Of a stretch of DNA of 32,000 nt, positions 1 through 8,873 are shown piece after piece. Source of the DNA: Carboxylicivirga sp. (GTDB lineage: Bacteria > Bacteroidota > Bacteroidia > Bacteroidales > Marinilabiliaceae). The notes below the pieces were generated by a model that saw only the letters and a program-made list of their open reading frames with translations, searched no databases and had not been told where the DNA came from. The stretch is taken from contig JAOARW010000039.1 of the NCBI GenBank assembly GCA_025210475.1, positions 22,355 to 54,354 on the forward strand, written 5' to 3'. The first letter of the stretch is position 1; each line of letters starts with the position of its first letter. A program made the translations under genes and the position numbers.

Positions 1-639
1 AAGCAAAAACAGTTGGATGAGCAGATAAGCAGTCTAAAAACTCAAGCCATACAGGCTCAAATGAACCCTCATTTTATTTTTAATGCTATTACTTCAGTTC
101 AGAGTTTTATGCTCTCAAATGATAATGAAACGGCCTTAGATTACCTTATGCTTTTCGCTAATCTTATTCGTAAAACACTTGATTTAGTATCTGAAAAAAC
201 GATTTCATTGCAAACGGAATTAGAATACTTGGATAATTATATCAAAATCGAAAGTATGCGATTTGAGAATGGTATCGATTATTCGCTTAAAGTTGACGGT
301 GGTGTTGATGTAGAAGAAATAAACATTCCACCACTGCTGCTTCAGCCATTTGTTGAAAATGCCATCAAGCATGGCTTGGCTGTTTCTAAAATGGAAAAAA
401 AGCTTAGGCTCAATGTAACCCAAGTTAATGGCTTAATTCAAGTCACAATACAAGATAATGGCATTGGGTATGATAAATCATTAGAGATGAAGAAAGACAA
501 TAGGACGGAGCATAATTCGAAAGGTTTAGCAATGGCTGAAGAGCGTATTCGACAGATTGAAGGCTATACAAGTGAATGTGGCTTAAGAATTGAAGATTTG
601 TCACAGGGTACTTCTGTTAATATCAAAATGCCATTATAG
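1..639 (+). CDS. Sensor histidine kinase, LytS/YehU-type (C-terminal part; 5' end lies outside the window)
   Basis: Frame 1 is open from nt 1, so the TTG at 13 is not the true start. The QMNPHFIFNA motif is typical of the His_kinase domain. It is followed by HATPase_c-like boxes (FVENAIKHG, QDNGIGY, SKGLAM). Confidence 0.8.
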   Translation, partial: KQKQLDEQISSLKTQAIQAQMNPHFIFNAITSVQSFMLSNDNETALDYLMLFANLIRKTLDLVSEKTISLQTELEYLDNYIKIESMRFENGIDYSLKVDGGVDVEEINIPPLLLQPFVENAIKHGLAVSKMEKKLRLNVTQVNGLIQVTIQDNGIGYDKSLEMKKDNRTEHNSKGLAMAEERIRQIEGYTSECGLRIEDLSQGTSVNIKMPL

Positions 640-763
640 AAACTGACTCAAAACACAATTTCACTTTGGTTTAAACCCCTTTTACGAAATGTCATTGATT
701 TAAGGTAACTAAAGAAATTATTGTCATGTAAAAATCTCATAAACTTTAAACAAATTGAGATTT

Positions 764-1294
764 ATGGCAAGAGATTTTTTATCAGGTAAATACACATGTG
801 AATATTGCGGAGATGATATAGAGATGGGCACTGGGGTGCATAATGGAGGTGTTATCGTAAAAGAGCGGTTTTGCTCAAATCGATGTCGAACAAAGTATAA
901 CAATCAAAATCTTTCCTCGAAATCAAAAGGTGTTTTAGGTCAAATAAAAGACGAATTTAAAGAAGAAGAAAAAACACCAGAACAATTCAGGGTTGAGGCA
1001 GAGGAGCGTAGAAGAGCGGAAGAGCAGGAGCAAATAAAAAAAGAACGAAGAAAGGCTAAAGCTCAAGAGCTTAAAGAGGATGGGAAGTCATACTCGGCAT
1101 TTCTTACGCAATTTGGAGAGAATTTTGGAGCTACTAGTGCCATTTTAGCTGCGATAGGTGCATTCTTTCTATTTCCTGCCTTTCAAGAGGATGAAATGTG
1201 GATGTATCTTGTGGGATTTGGAACACCTTCTGTTTTTATCATCCTTTGGTCTTTTCTCGGTATTAAATATTTACAAGAGTATTTCAGAAAATAA
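764..1294 (+). CDS. Hypothetical protein with an N-terminal C-x2-C-x21-C-x3-C (TRASH/FCS-like) zinc finger, a charged E/K/R-rich helix and a C-terminal membrane segment
   Basis: CEYC...(21 aa)...CSNRC spacing matches the TRASH pattern. Also present are the EERRRAEEQEQIKKERRKAKAQE tract and the hydrophobic segments AILAAIGAFFLFPAF and YLVGFGTPSVFIILWSFLGI. ATG at 764 is preferred over the TTG at 755. Confidence 0.5.
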   Translation: MARDFLSGKYTCEYCGDDIEMGTGVHNGGVIVKERFCSNRCRTKYNNQNLSSKSKGVLGQIKDEFKEEEKTPEQFRVEAEERRRAEEQEQIKKERRKAKAQELKEDGKSYSAFLTQFGENFGATSAILAAIGAFFLFPAFQEDEMWMYLVGFGTPSVFIILWSFLGIKYLQEYFRK

Positions 1295-1318
1295 TTCAAC
1301 CCTTTTAATATTAAAAAA

Positions 1319-2197
1319 ATGAAGAATCTATTACTTTTTTTAGCTGTTACTATTTTACTAGCATCGTGCAGTGCGCCTAAACCAGAAGAAGCAGCTATTC
1401 TATTTTTTGAGAATATTTCAAACAATAATATTGGAGCAGCAAAGGCATTGTGCTCTCCAAGTGCAGAAAAAGAACTGACTAGATTAGAAAATGTTGGAGC
1501 GTTTGGTAAAAATGTATTCGCAGGAACAAAATATCAGCTCATGGATATTGTATCACCTGAAAAACCGCAGAATGGAGATACAGTAACGGTTAGTTACAAT
1601 GTTCAGACGGACTATGAAAATTATATTTTGCTGGTATTTAATGAAAAAAGATGGGAAGTTGCTTTCGATGATAAATTAAAGCAGATTACTTGTATGGGAT
1701 GGTCGTCCTCCGAATTTCTTCAAGAAGTAGATAAAAATGATAAACTTTTTCTTGAAAATTATGAAGATTGCTTATTCCAAATAACAGACCTTACATTTGC
1801 TTATTTTAGAGATGTAGATGATAAAAGAATTTGGTACGCATATAATCCTTCTACTAGTGAAATATACACTTTTAATAAAGTACCAGGCTTTTCATATTAC
1901 CCTTCGTATTTCATTGGAGATAAAGAATTAAAGGCTTTTGACGATGGGGAATATCCATTTAAGCAGGAAAACGGATACACTTTTTACTTTAATAAATTAA
2001 GTGAGTCTGACAATGTTAAAATCAAAGAACCTGAAGTGAAATTGACTAAAAAGAAAATTGTTGATATGTTCTTTGAGGATGAGTATTATGATGTAAAAAT
2101 CAATACAGTAGCCCAGCTGAGAGGAGTTCTTCATAATCTTGATTTTACTTACTCAAGGGATTATATTGTGTTTGACCAGAGCAAGCTTATCGAATAG
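1319..2197 (+). CDS. Putative lipoprotein, function unknown
   Basis: N-terminal signal peptide with lipobox (LLFLAVTILLASC|SAP). Long ORF with no competing frame. Confidence 0.6.
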   Translation: MKNLLLFLAVTILLASCSAPKPEEAAILFFENISNNNIGAAKALCSPSAEKELTRLENVGAFGKNVFAGTKYQLMDIVSPEKPQNGDTVTVSYNVQTDYENYILLVFNEKRWEVAFDDKLKQITCMGWSSSEFLQEVDKNDKLFLENYEDCLFQITDLTFAYFRDVDDKRIWYAYNPSTSEIYTFNKVPGFSYYPSYFIGDKELKAFDDGEYPFKQENGYTFYFNKLSESDNVKIKEPEVKLTKKKIVDMFFEDEYYDVKINTVAQLRGVLHNLDFTYSRDYIVFDQSKLIE

Positions 2198-2258
2198 AAT
2201 TATATTATTCCCTGTTATTTATAGTGTTGGAATTACTTCAAAACAACTAAATACTCTA

Positions 2259-3398
2259 ATGAAACTTATCTTATTCTTAGCAATGGCTTTTATTCCTTTA
2301 CTCGGAATTTCACAGAGTTCACCTATGCCTACATGGTTTGAAAACCATTTGGGTCAACTGGATAGCATGATTTATTATTATCCATGGGATAATTCACCCT
2401 ATTTTAGGGAAGTGTATAAATATCAAACTAGTACGGGCTTAATTGAGAGCCAAGTTGAATCAACTTGGGATGAAACTGAATCAAAATGGGCGACTGTATC
2501 ACTTACCTCCTATAATTACAAACCAAACTCAAGCCAATTAGAATCCCAATTGACACAAAGTTGGAATTTTAATAAACAAAAGTGGCAAAATCACTCCTTA
2601 GTCAAGTACAACGAGAATATTGCTAATGAAGAACTTTTGAAAGAAGACTATTACTTGTGGAATGATAATACAAAAAGTTGGGACGGTGAGCAATCATTCA
2701 GTTATACCTATTATTCAGATGGACGGGTAAAAAGAAAATACTTCGATATAATTGAACGAGATGGTCGGGTTATATCTCACAAAAAATCCATGATTGAATA
2801 CATCTATAATGACTTGGAAAATTCTATTGAGATTAAGAATTACTCATTCTCAGAATTAAGTCATAGTTACATTTACGAATCCTCTAAAATTAAAACAACC
2901 CTTTTTAATGAAGAGAATAATATCAAAGAAGTTAGCTTTAAGGATAATTCAAAAACAACTTATATATATGATGATAATCTAAGGTTAAAGCAAAGTAAAA
3001 GCTACAGCTACTCTGAGGAAAATTGGACTCTTGATTTAACTTATGATTATGAGTATGACAATGTAAATAGCCAAATTCATATTTATGACTATATTCAATT
3101 ATATGGAGTTGAACAATACAAAATAACTCATTACTATTCAAAACCTACAGCAACGAATATTAGCAAAAATGAAATAAAACAGAGTGTGAGATTATATCCT
3201 AATCCGACTTCTGGATTATTTAATATCAAATCAGATTTACAATTTAAGACCATTGATATTTATTCTATTTCAGGGAAATTAGTAAAGAGCGTTAATGGGC
3301 AAGGAATCGAACAAATTGTTGATATATCTGATTTACCAAATGGAATTTACCTTTTGTCGATAGATGGTAATATTGTTAGTAAAGTTGTGAGAGATTAA
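2259..3398 (+). CDS. Secreted protein with a T9SS (Por) C-terminal sorting domain, function unknown
   Basis: Signal peptide MKLILFLAMAFIPLLGISQ begins at the ATG at 2259; the track start at 2139 overlaps the previous gene. The C-terminus VRLYPNPTSGLFNIKS...LPNGIYLLSI...KVV is typical of a T9SS type A sorting domain. Confidence 0.65.
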   Translation: MKLILFLAMAFIPLLGISQSSPMPTWFENHLGQLDSMIYYYPWDNSPYFREVYKYQTSTGLIESQVESTWDETESKWATVSLTSYNYKPNSSQLESQLTQSWNFNKQKWQNHSLVKYNENIANEELLKEDYYLWNDNTKSWDGEQSFSYTYYSDGRVKRKYFDIIERDGRVISHKKSMIEYIYNDLENSIEIKNYSFSELSHSYIYESSKIKTTLFNEENNIKEVSFKDNSKTTYIYDDNLRLKQSKSYSYSEENWTLDLTYDYEYDNVNSQIHIYDYIQLYGVEQYKITHYYSKPTATNISKNEIKQSVRLYPNPTSGLFNIKSDLQFKTIDIYSISGKLVKSVNGQGIEQIVDISDLPNGIYLLSIDGNIVSKVVRD

Positions 3399-3454
3399 AA
3401 TTATGCCCACCTGCTTATTATTTAATTAGCAAAAGGAGCAGAGTAAAATACTAA

Positions 3455-3478
3455 CCCCTGAAAGAGATTATTCAGGGG
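3455..3478. terminator. Hairpin between convergent genes, a possible bidirectional intrinsic terminator
   Basis: CCCCTGAA (3455-3462) pairs with TTCAGGGG (3471-3478) across an 8-nt loop. It sits between the 3' ends of 2259..3398 (+) and 3490..4041 (-). Confidence 0.5.
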
Positions 3479-3489
3479 GTATATTTGGT

Positions 3490-4041
3490 TTATGTGATAT
3501 TGGGAAGTATTCTGCTTAATTTCAGCCTCCTTTGTAATTTTTTATCCTTAATAAAATGATAGGTGTAAATAACGTCAGTCCTATCGTTTTTATTGGTTAA
3601 AACAATCCGATTATCTTGAATATCAATTTTATAATAAATGTATTTATCAGATGTTAATTCCATAATAAATTCATCCTCAGTATTGAAAATTACAATTACA
3701 TCTCCTTCTGAGAGGTAGCATTCTAGAACTTCTTCCTCCTCAAACAAACATAAAACTACATCTCCCCATTTATCTACATAAGTGTATAAGCTATTGGTAA
3801 ACTGTTGATTAAGTATTCGTGTTTTCAAAATAGTATAACTTCGACTTAGTTCGATAAGTATTTCGGTCAAATCATTATCCGTAATTAGTTTATTTACGAC
3901 ATCTATATCTGGATTAAGTCCCTCTAGTATATTGCGAATTTGTAGGAGTTTATCATTTATCAAGTCCATTTTTACATAATCACGTGGCATTGTAAAGGCA
4001 TACATAATAAGGCTTTCTATTTGGTCTTTGCTAAATATCAT
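3490..4041 (-). CDS. Hypothetical protein (183 aa), third gene of a coupled three-gene operon
   Basis: Its start overlaps the upstream stop as TAATG (4039-4043, minus strand). I recognised no motif. Confidence 0.5.
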   Translation of the reverse strand: MIFSKDQIESLIMYAFTMPRDYVKMDLINDKLLQIRNILEGLNPDIDVVNKLITDNDLTEILIELSRSYTILKTRILNQQFTNSLYTYVDKWGDVVLCLFEEEEVLECYLSEGDVIVIFNTEDEFIMELTSDKYIYYKIDIQDNRIVLTNKNDRTDVIYTYHFIKDKKLQRRLKLSRILPNIT

Positions 4042-4385
4042 TACTGTTTTGTTCTTTTTTTAGCCTTGTCATGAATCCGTTTAATTTTATCTTTTCTCAA
4101 TTCCGATTCTGACTTTAATACTACATAAGCTTGAACTTGTTGACGATTATGATACTCATCCCTTGATGAAATTTTCATGTTGTATTCAAATGAGTTACCT
4201 GCCGTCACCTTTATGATTTGACCAACAGTGAGCCTCCAATTCCAATAATTTAGTTCAAATCCTTTTTTCTCTAATATCTCTTTTCGCTCATCGATATTTC
4301 TAACTGTTTTATTTAGTTCAAGTGCTATTTCAATACTCTTAGCATATTCAGTCAATTCATTTTTATCTACTCTTTCAAAACTCAT
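4041..4385 (-). CDS. Hypothetical protein (114 aa from MSFERVDK), second gene of the coupled operon; lysine-rich C-terminal tail
   Basis: The ATG at 4385 overlaps the stop of the upstream gene as ATGA (4382-4385, minus strand). This is preferred over the track start at 4415. Confidence 0.5.
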   Translation of the reverse strand: MSFERVDKNELTEYAKSIEIALELNKTVRNIDERKEILEKKGFELNYWNWRLTVGQIIKVTAGNSFEYNMKISSRDEYHNRQQVQAYVVLKSESELRKDKIKRIHDKAKKRTKQ

Positions 4386-4606
4386 ATTCTTACATTTATT
4401 TTTTTTACGATGCATTCTATTTTTTCTTTTCTTATTTCTGGATTTGAGCTATCAAAGGCATCTTCTTCAATAACTTCTACATAATCATCGCAGTCATTAC
4501 AATAAAAATCATAATCATCGATATAGCGATTAACCTCTTCACTATTGATGTTGCACCACATCTTTGTGTCTACATCATAACTGCCACAAATACTACATAC
4601 TTGCAT
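4382..4606 (-). CDS. Small zinc-ribbon protein (74 aa), first gene of the coupled operon
   Basis: Two CxxC pairs (CSIC ... CNDC) with acidic surroundings. ATG start. Confidence 0.5.
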   Translation of the reverse strand: MQVCSICGSYDVDTKMWCNINSEEVNRYIDDYDFYCNDCDDYVEVIEEDAFDSSNPEIRKEKIECIVKKINVRI

Positions 4607-4839
4607 ATTTTCTTTTTTATTTTTTTACATCAACATAGTCATTTGTGCAACCATTGTTGAATGTTCTGCTTTTTGTATATGGTAATTGAGAAAAAGTTTA
4701 AAAAGAAATGAAAAAAACTTTCTATAATCGTTGAGTGAAGTTCTGTATTTAACACATATACTGGATATTACTTCGGTTATAAAATGTTCCTTGAAATGAA
4801 TGTTAGTCAATATTTCTCCATAAGCAATGTTTAATTAAC

Positions 4840-4859
4840 TTTAGACACTTTTGTCTAAA
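4840..4859. promoter_or_regulatory. Perfect 8-bp-arm palindrome, candidate operator for the adjacent HTH protein
   Basis: TTTAGACA-cttt-TGTCTAAA ends 12 nt upstream of the ATG at 4872. It lies in the divergent intergenic region 4607-4871. Confidence 0.45.
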
Positions 4860-4871
4860 TAACTACTTCTA

Positions 4872-5162
4872 ATGAAAAACGTAGAGTTTGGTGCTTACTT
4901 AAAGGCACTTAGAGAGAATAAGGGTATACCGCAAAGAAAAGTTGCACACGCTGTAGATGTGGATACAAGCACACTTTCAAAAATGGAATTGGGAGAACGT
5001 CAAATCAGCGTTGATATGATTCAGCCTTGGGCTGATAGTATTAAAGCTAATTTTATGGAGCTGCAAATCAGATATATCTCTGAAAAGATTATGCAGGAAT
5101 TTACGGAACAACCTTATCTGCTAGAAGCAATAGAAGTAGTAAAGGGTAATATCACGAAATAA
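4872..5162 (+). CDS. XRE-family helix-turn-helix transcriptional regulator, first gene of the hsd array
   Basis: GAYLKALRENKGIPQRKVAHAVDVDTSTLSKMELGERQ is a typical HTH_3/XRE pattern. The gene ends 16 nt before hsdM. Confidence 0.8.
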   Translation: MKNVEFGAYLKALRENKGIPQRKVAHAVDVDTSTLSKMELGERQISVDMIQPWADSIKANFMELQIRYISEKIMQEFTEQPYLLEAIEVVKGNITK

Positions 5163-5178
5163 GAAATACGACTATATA

Positions 5179-7617
5179 ATGGCGATTAAGAAATCGGAAC
5201 TATACAGCTCCCTATGGGCGAGCTGCGATGAATTAAGAGGTGGCATGGATGCCTCACAATACAAAGATTACGTACTTACACTTCTTTTTGTAAAGTATGT
5301 TAGCGATAAATACGGGAACAAATCCGATAGCCTGATTGAAGTACCCAAGGGTGCTACATTCGAAGATATGGTGAACCTGAAGGACACGCCCAATATTGGC
5401 GATGACATCAATAAAAAGATATTGCGTCCACTTTTTGCAGCCAACGGTTTGGAAGGCACAATGGAGTTGGTTGATTTTAATGATGACGATAAGTTAGGCA
5501 GTGGTAAGGATAAAGTTGAAACCTTGAGTAACTTGATTGCCATCTTTGAGAATCCTGCTCTCAACTTTAAGAATAACAGAGCTGAGGACGATGATATATT
5601 GGGCGATGCTTACGAATATTTAATGCGACACTTCGCCAGTGAATCGGGTAAAAGTAAAGGACAATTCTATACGCCAGCTGAGGTATCCCGTATCTTAGCT
5701 AAAATAATTGATGTTGAGAAAGCTGATACACCATCTTATACAGTATATGACCCAACATGTGGTTCTGGTTCACTATTGTTGAAAGTGGCCAATGAGTCAC
5801 AAAATGGATTAACTATTTACGGGCAGGAAAAAGACATTGCCACCAAGAGTTTATCCATCATGAACATGTGGTTACATGGTAATCCTGAGGCTGAAATAGC
5901 TTCGGGGAATACTTTAGCCAATCCACAATTTAAAGAGAAAAATGGCACGTTAAAACGCTTCGATTTTGTGGTTGCAAACCCTCCTTTTTCGGTAAAAAAC
6001 TGGAATAAGGGTATTGATGCGATGAAGGATGAGTTCAATCGCTTTAGAGGTTATGGTGTACCACCTGAAAAGAATGGTGATTATGCCTTTCTATTACACA
6101 TTATATCTTCGTTAAAAAGCTCAGGGAAAGGTGCTGTTATTTTGCCTCATGGTGTGCTATTTCGAGGGAATGGAGAGGCTTCTATCCGTCAGAATTTAAT
6201 CGAACGCAAGCTGATTAAGGGTATTATAGGTTTACCTGCCAATTTGTTTTATGGAACTGGCATTCCTGCTTGCATTATTGTTATTGATAAAGAAAATGCA
6301 AAAATACAGGAAAGCCTACCTGCCGAAAAACAAGGAATCTTTATGATTGATGCCAGTAAAGGGTTCATAAAGGATGGTAACAAAAATAGATTGCGAGAGC
6401 AGGATATTCATAAAATTGTAGACACTTTTAACGAACAAAAAGATGCCGATAAATATGCTCGTTTCATTCCTTATTCTGAAATTGAAAGGAATGAGTATAA
6501 TTTGAATATTCCTCGATATATTGACACACAGGAAGAAGAAGAAATACAAGATTTAACGGCTCATCTTAAGGGTGGTATTCCGCAGCGTGATGTGGATGCC
6601 TTAAACGATTACTGGACAATTTATCCTGAATTAAAAAATACCTTATTTACAGAAGGAGCTGATTGCTATTATCAGTTAAATATTGATACCACTGAAATTA
6701 AGGATACCATTTATAGTCACCCTGAGTTTGTTGCCTATAACAATAGCCTGAAAGAACTATTTGATGTGTGGCAAAGAGGTGCTAAAGATTTACTAACGAG
6801 CATCAATGCTAAAACAGCTCCCAAAAGATTTATCATTGAGCTTTCTGAGAGCCTTTTGCAAGCCTACCATAATAAGCCACTGGTGGATGATTACAAAATC
6901 TATCAGCATCTAATGGATTATTGGGAGAATACCTTCAAAGATGACACCTATTTAGTCGTTGAAGATGGTTGGGAAGCCAAGGTGAAACGCATTATTGAAG
7001 TCAATAAGAAGGGTAAAGAGATAGATAAAGGATGGACATGTGATTTATTACCCAAAAGCTTAGTAATCGGCATCTACTTAAGTAAAGAAAAAGAAGCCTT
7101 ACAAAGTTTACAAAGCCAATTAGAAGATTGCACTAACAAGATTAACGCTCAGCAAGAAGAGTATGCTGCTGAAGGAGCTTTATTGGAAGAAGCCACAAAT
7201 GATAAAGGGATATTCACCAAGGCAACTTTAACGGCTTTTACTAAAGCTAATAAAAACAATGCTGCCGAAAAAGAAGCTGTTTCTAAAGCTAAAGAAATAT
7301 TAAGGCTCTTTACCCAAGAAGCTCAGCTAAAAAAGGATATTAAAACTGCTGAAATAGAGTTGGATAATCTTGCTTTGGAACAATACGGAAAGTTAAGTAA
7401 TGATGAAGTAAAGGATATAGTAGTAAATAAAAAGTGGCTGGCACATTTGCAAGATGCTCTACAAACAGAAGTTGAAGGTATTTCTCAAAGTTTGACAACT
7501 ACCATTAAAACGCTATCTGAACGCTATCATGATACCTTAACAGACTTATCTTCCGAAGTTGAAGATTTGGCAAGTAAGGTTAATAAGCACCTTCAAAAAA
7601 TGGGATTATCATGGTAA
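5179..7617 (+). CDS. hsdM: Type I restriction-modification system, DNA methyltransferase subunit M (long form, 812 aa)
   Basis: SAM-binding motif DPTCGSGSLL and catalytic VVANPPFS (NPPF). HsdM-N-like N-terminus (LWASCDELRG...YKDYVLTLLFVKYVSDK). Overlaps hsdS as ATGGTAA. Confidence 0.95.
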   Translation: MAIKKSELYSSLWASCDELRGGMDASQYKDYVLTLLFVKYVSDKYGNKSDSLIEVPKGATFEDMVNLKDTPNIGDDINKKILRPLFAANGLEGTMELVDFNDDDKLGSGKDKVETLSNLIAIFENPALNFKNNRAEDDDILGDAYEYLMRHFASESGKSKGQFYTPAEVSRILAKIIDVEKADTPSYTVYDPTCGSGSLLLKVANESQNGLTIYGQEKDIATKSLSIMNMWLHGNPEAEIASGNTLANPQFKEKNGTLKRFDFVVANPPFSVKNWNKGIDAMKDEFNRFRGYGVPPEKNGDYAFLLHIISSLKSSGKGAVILPHGVLFRGNGEASIRQNLIERKLIKGIIGLPANLFYGTGIPACIIVIDKENAKIQESLPAEKQGIFMIDASKGFIKDGNKNRLREQDIHKIVDTFNEQKDADKYARFIPYSEIERNEYNLNIPRYIDTQEEEEIQDLTAHLKGGIPQRDVDALNDYWTIYPELKNTLFTEGADCYYQLNIDTTEIKDTIYSHPEFVAYNNSLKELFDVWQRGAKDLLTSINAKTAPKRFIIELSESLLQAYHNKPLVDDYKIYQHLMDYWENTFKDDTYLVVEDGWEAKVKRIIEVNKKGKEIDKGWTCDLLPKSLVIGIYLSKEKEALQSLQSQLEDCTNKINAQQEEYAAEGALLEEATNDKGIFTKATLTAFTKANKNNAAEKEAVSKAKEILRLFTQEAQLKKDIKTAEIELDNLALEQYGKLSNDEVKDIVVNKKWLAHLQDALQTEVEGISQSLTTTIKTLSERYHDTLTDLSSEVEDLASKVNKHLQKMGLSW

Positions 7618-8873
7618 AAGAGGGTTATCAACAAACAGAAGTCGGTGTTATGCCTGCGGATTGGAAAGTAGTTGACTTGGGTAGTGTTGCCAAGGTTCGT
7701 GGGGGAGGGACTCCAAGCACAACAGTAAATGAATTTTGGAATGGGAGTATTGAATGGTTTACTCCAACTGAAATTGGCAAGAGTAAGTACGTCAAAGAAA
7801 GTATTAGGAAGATTACTAAACTTGGATTGGAAAACTCCTCGGCTCAAATACTTCCAACTGGCGCAATTTTAATGACCACAAGAGCTTCAATAGGCGACTT
7901 AGCAATATTAACAAAGCCAGCATCTACCAATCAAGGATTTCAATCCATTATACCAGAAAAAATAGACAATCAATATGCATATTACATATTAAGTAGTCTC
8001 AGCAGTGAACTAATGAAGAATGCGAGTGGAAGTACATTTTTGGAAGTAAGTCCTAATAAGGTCAAGGCTCTAAAAATTCCCCTCCCTCCGACACTCAATG
8101 AGCAAACAGCCATTGCCACAGCATTAAGCGATATGGACGCTTTAATTAGCAAGCTCGATGCTCTAATTCTAAAAAAGAAAGCCATTAAAAAAGGGGCAAT
8201 GCAACTGTTACTAAAACCTCCAATTGATGGTGAAATAAGAAGTAACTCTTTTGAAGGGAAGTGGGATGAAATAACAATAGAGAAGCTATCTAAAACATTC
8301 ACAAAGCAAACAGGATTTGATTATTCCAATCATATTAAACCAACCCTTGTTAATAAAAAGCGAGACAATGTTTTACCATTTATTCAAAATAAAGATTTTG
8401 ATGGAGGTTGGGTCAATTTTGATACAGATTATTTTATTCCTGAAGAAGTAGCAGTTCGGTTTCCTATGATATTGTTAAATGAGCAATGTTTACTTATTTC
8501 TATATCGGGGAGTATCGGAAAAGTTGGAGTATTTAATAATAAACAAATGGCTTTTATTGGGGGAGCAGTAGCTGTAGCTAAATTTATAGACCTTCAACTT
8601 CTAACTTGGGTCATGTATTACCTTCAGTCTGAACAAGGGCAAAACAGAATGCTTAAAGATGTTAAAGCAGGTTCTCACCAAAACCTAATTTTAGACGATA
8701 TTAGAAAAATAATGATTCCTATTCCTCCGCCCAAGGAACGACAAAGAATCATATCTATTTTAAATGATATGGGTAAAGAAATCGAGTCATTGGAAGCCAA
8801 AAAAACGAAATGCATTCAGTTAAAACAAGGAATGGCACAAGAGCTATTAACTGGTAAAATAAGGTTGGTATGA
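7611..8873 (+). CDS. hsdS: Type I restriction-modification system, specificity subunit S
   Basis: Two TRD halves, each followed by a conserved helical spacer: LPPTLNEQTAIATALSDMDALISKLDALILKKKAIKKGAMQLLL and IPPPKERQRIISILNDMGKEIESLEAKKTKCIQLKQGMAQELLTGKIRL. Confidence 0.9.
   Translation: MVKEGYQQTEVGVMPADWKVVDLGSVAKVRGGGTPSTTVNEFWNGSIEWFTPTEIGKSKYVKESIRKITKLGLENSSAQILPTGAILMTTRASIGDLAILTKPASTNQGFQSIIPEKIDNQYAYYILSSLSSELMKNASGSTFLEVSPNKVKALKIPLPPTLNEQTAIATALSDMDALISKLDALILKKKAIKKGAMQLLLKPPIDGEIRSNSFEGKWDEITIEKLSKTFTKQTGFDYSNHIKPTLVNKKRDNVLPFIQNKDFDGGWVNFDTDYFIPEEVAVRFPMILLNEQCLLISISGSIGKVGVFNNKQMAFIGGAVAVAKFIDLQLLTWVMYYLQSEQGQNRMLKDVKAGSHQNLILDDIRKIMIPIPPPKERQRIISILNDMGKEIESLEAKKTKCIQLKQGMAQELLTGKIRLV

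Noticed and set aside
220-423. Antisense and nested short ORFs inside long, well-supported genes. This entry stands for: 220..423, 1183..1425, 2938..3141, 5268..5564, 5817..6038, 6316..6549, 7593..7847, 7982..8302, 8979..9281, 10250..10447, 11295..11480, 13103..13294, 13779..13976, 15281..15472, 16876..17067, 17138..17347, 17277..17537, 20235..20444, 20329..20529, 25715..26041, 26072..26323, 26439..26642, 26585..26803, 27406..27594, 27569..27796, 27860..28096, 28938..29204, 29271..29489 and 29554..29775.
   Set aside because: Each lies wholly or mostly within a longer ORF that has recognisable motifs. Their translations are low-complexity or hydrophobic shadow sequences of the kind expected in AT-rich DNA.
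732-763. Inverted repeat AAATCTCA-n16-TGAGATTT just upstream of the ATG at 764
   Set aside because: The arms are short and AT-rich and the loop is long. This is easily produced by chance in such a composition, and no supporting context was found.
2139-2258. Upstream extension of the T9SS-domain protein (track start at 2139)
   Set aside because: The extension overlaps the 3' end of the preceding gene and precedes a canonical signal peptide that starts at the internal ATG at 2259.
4625-4810. 61-aa minus-strand ORF in the divergent control region
   Set aside because: It has no motif and odd composition (FFSFLFKLFLNY). It occupies the only available promoter space between the three-gene operon and the HTH gene.
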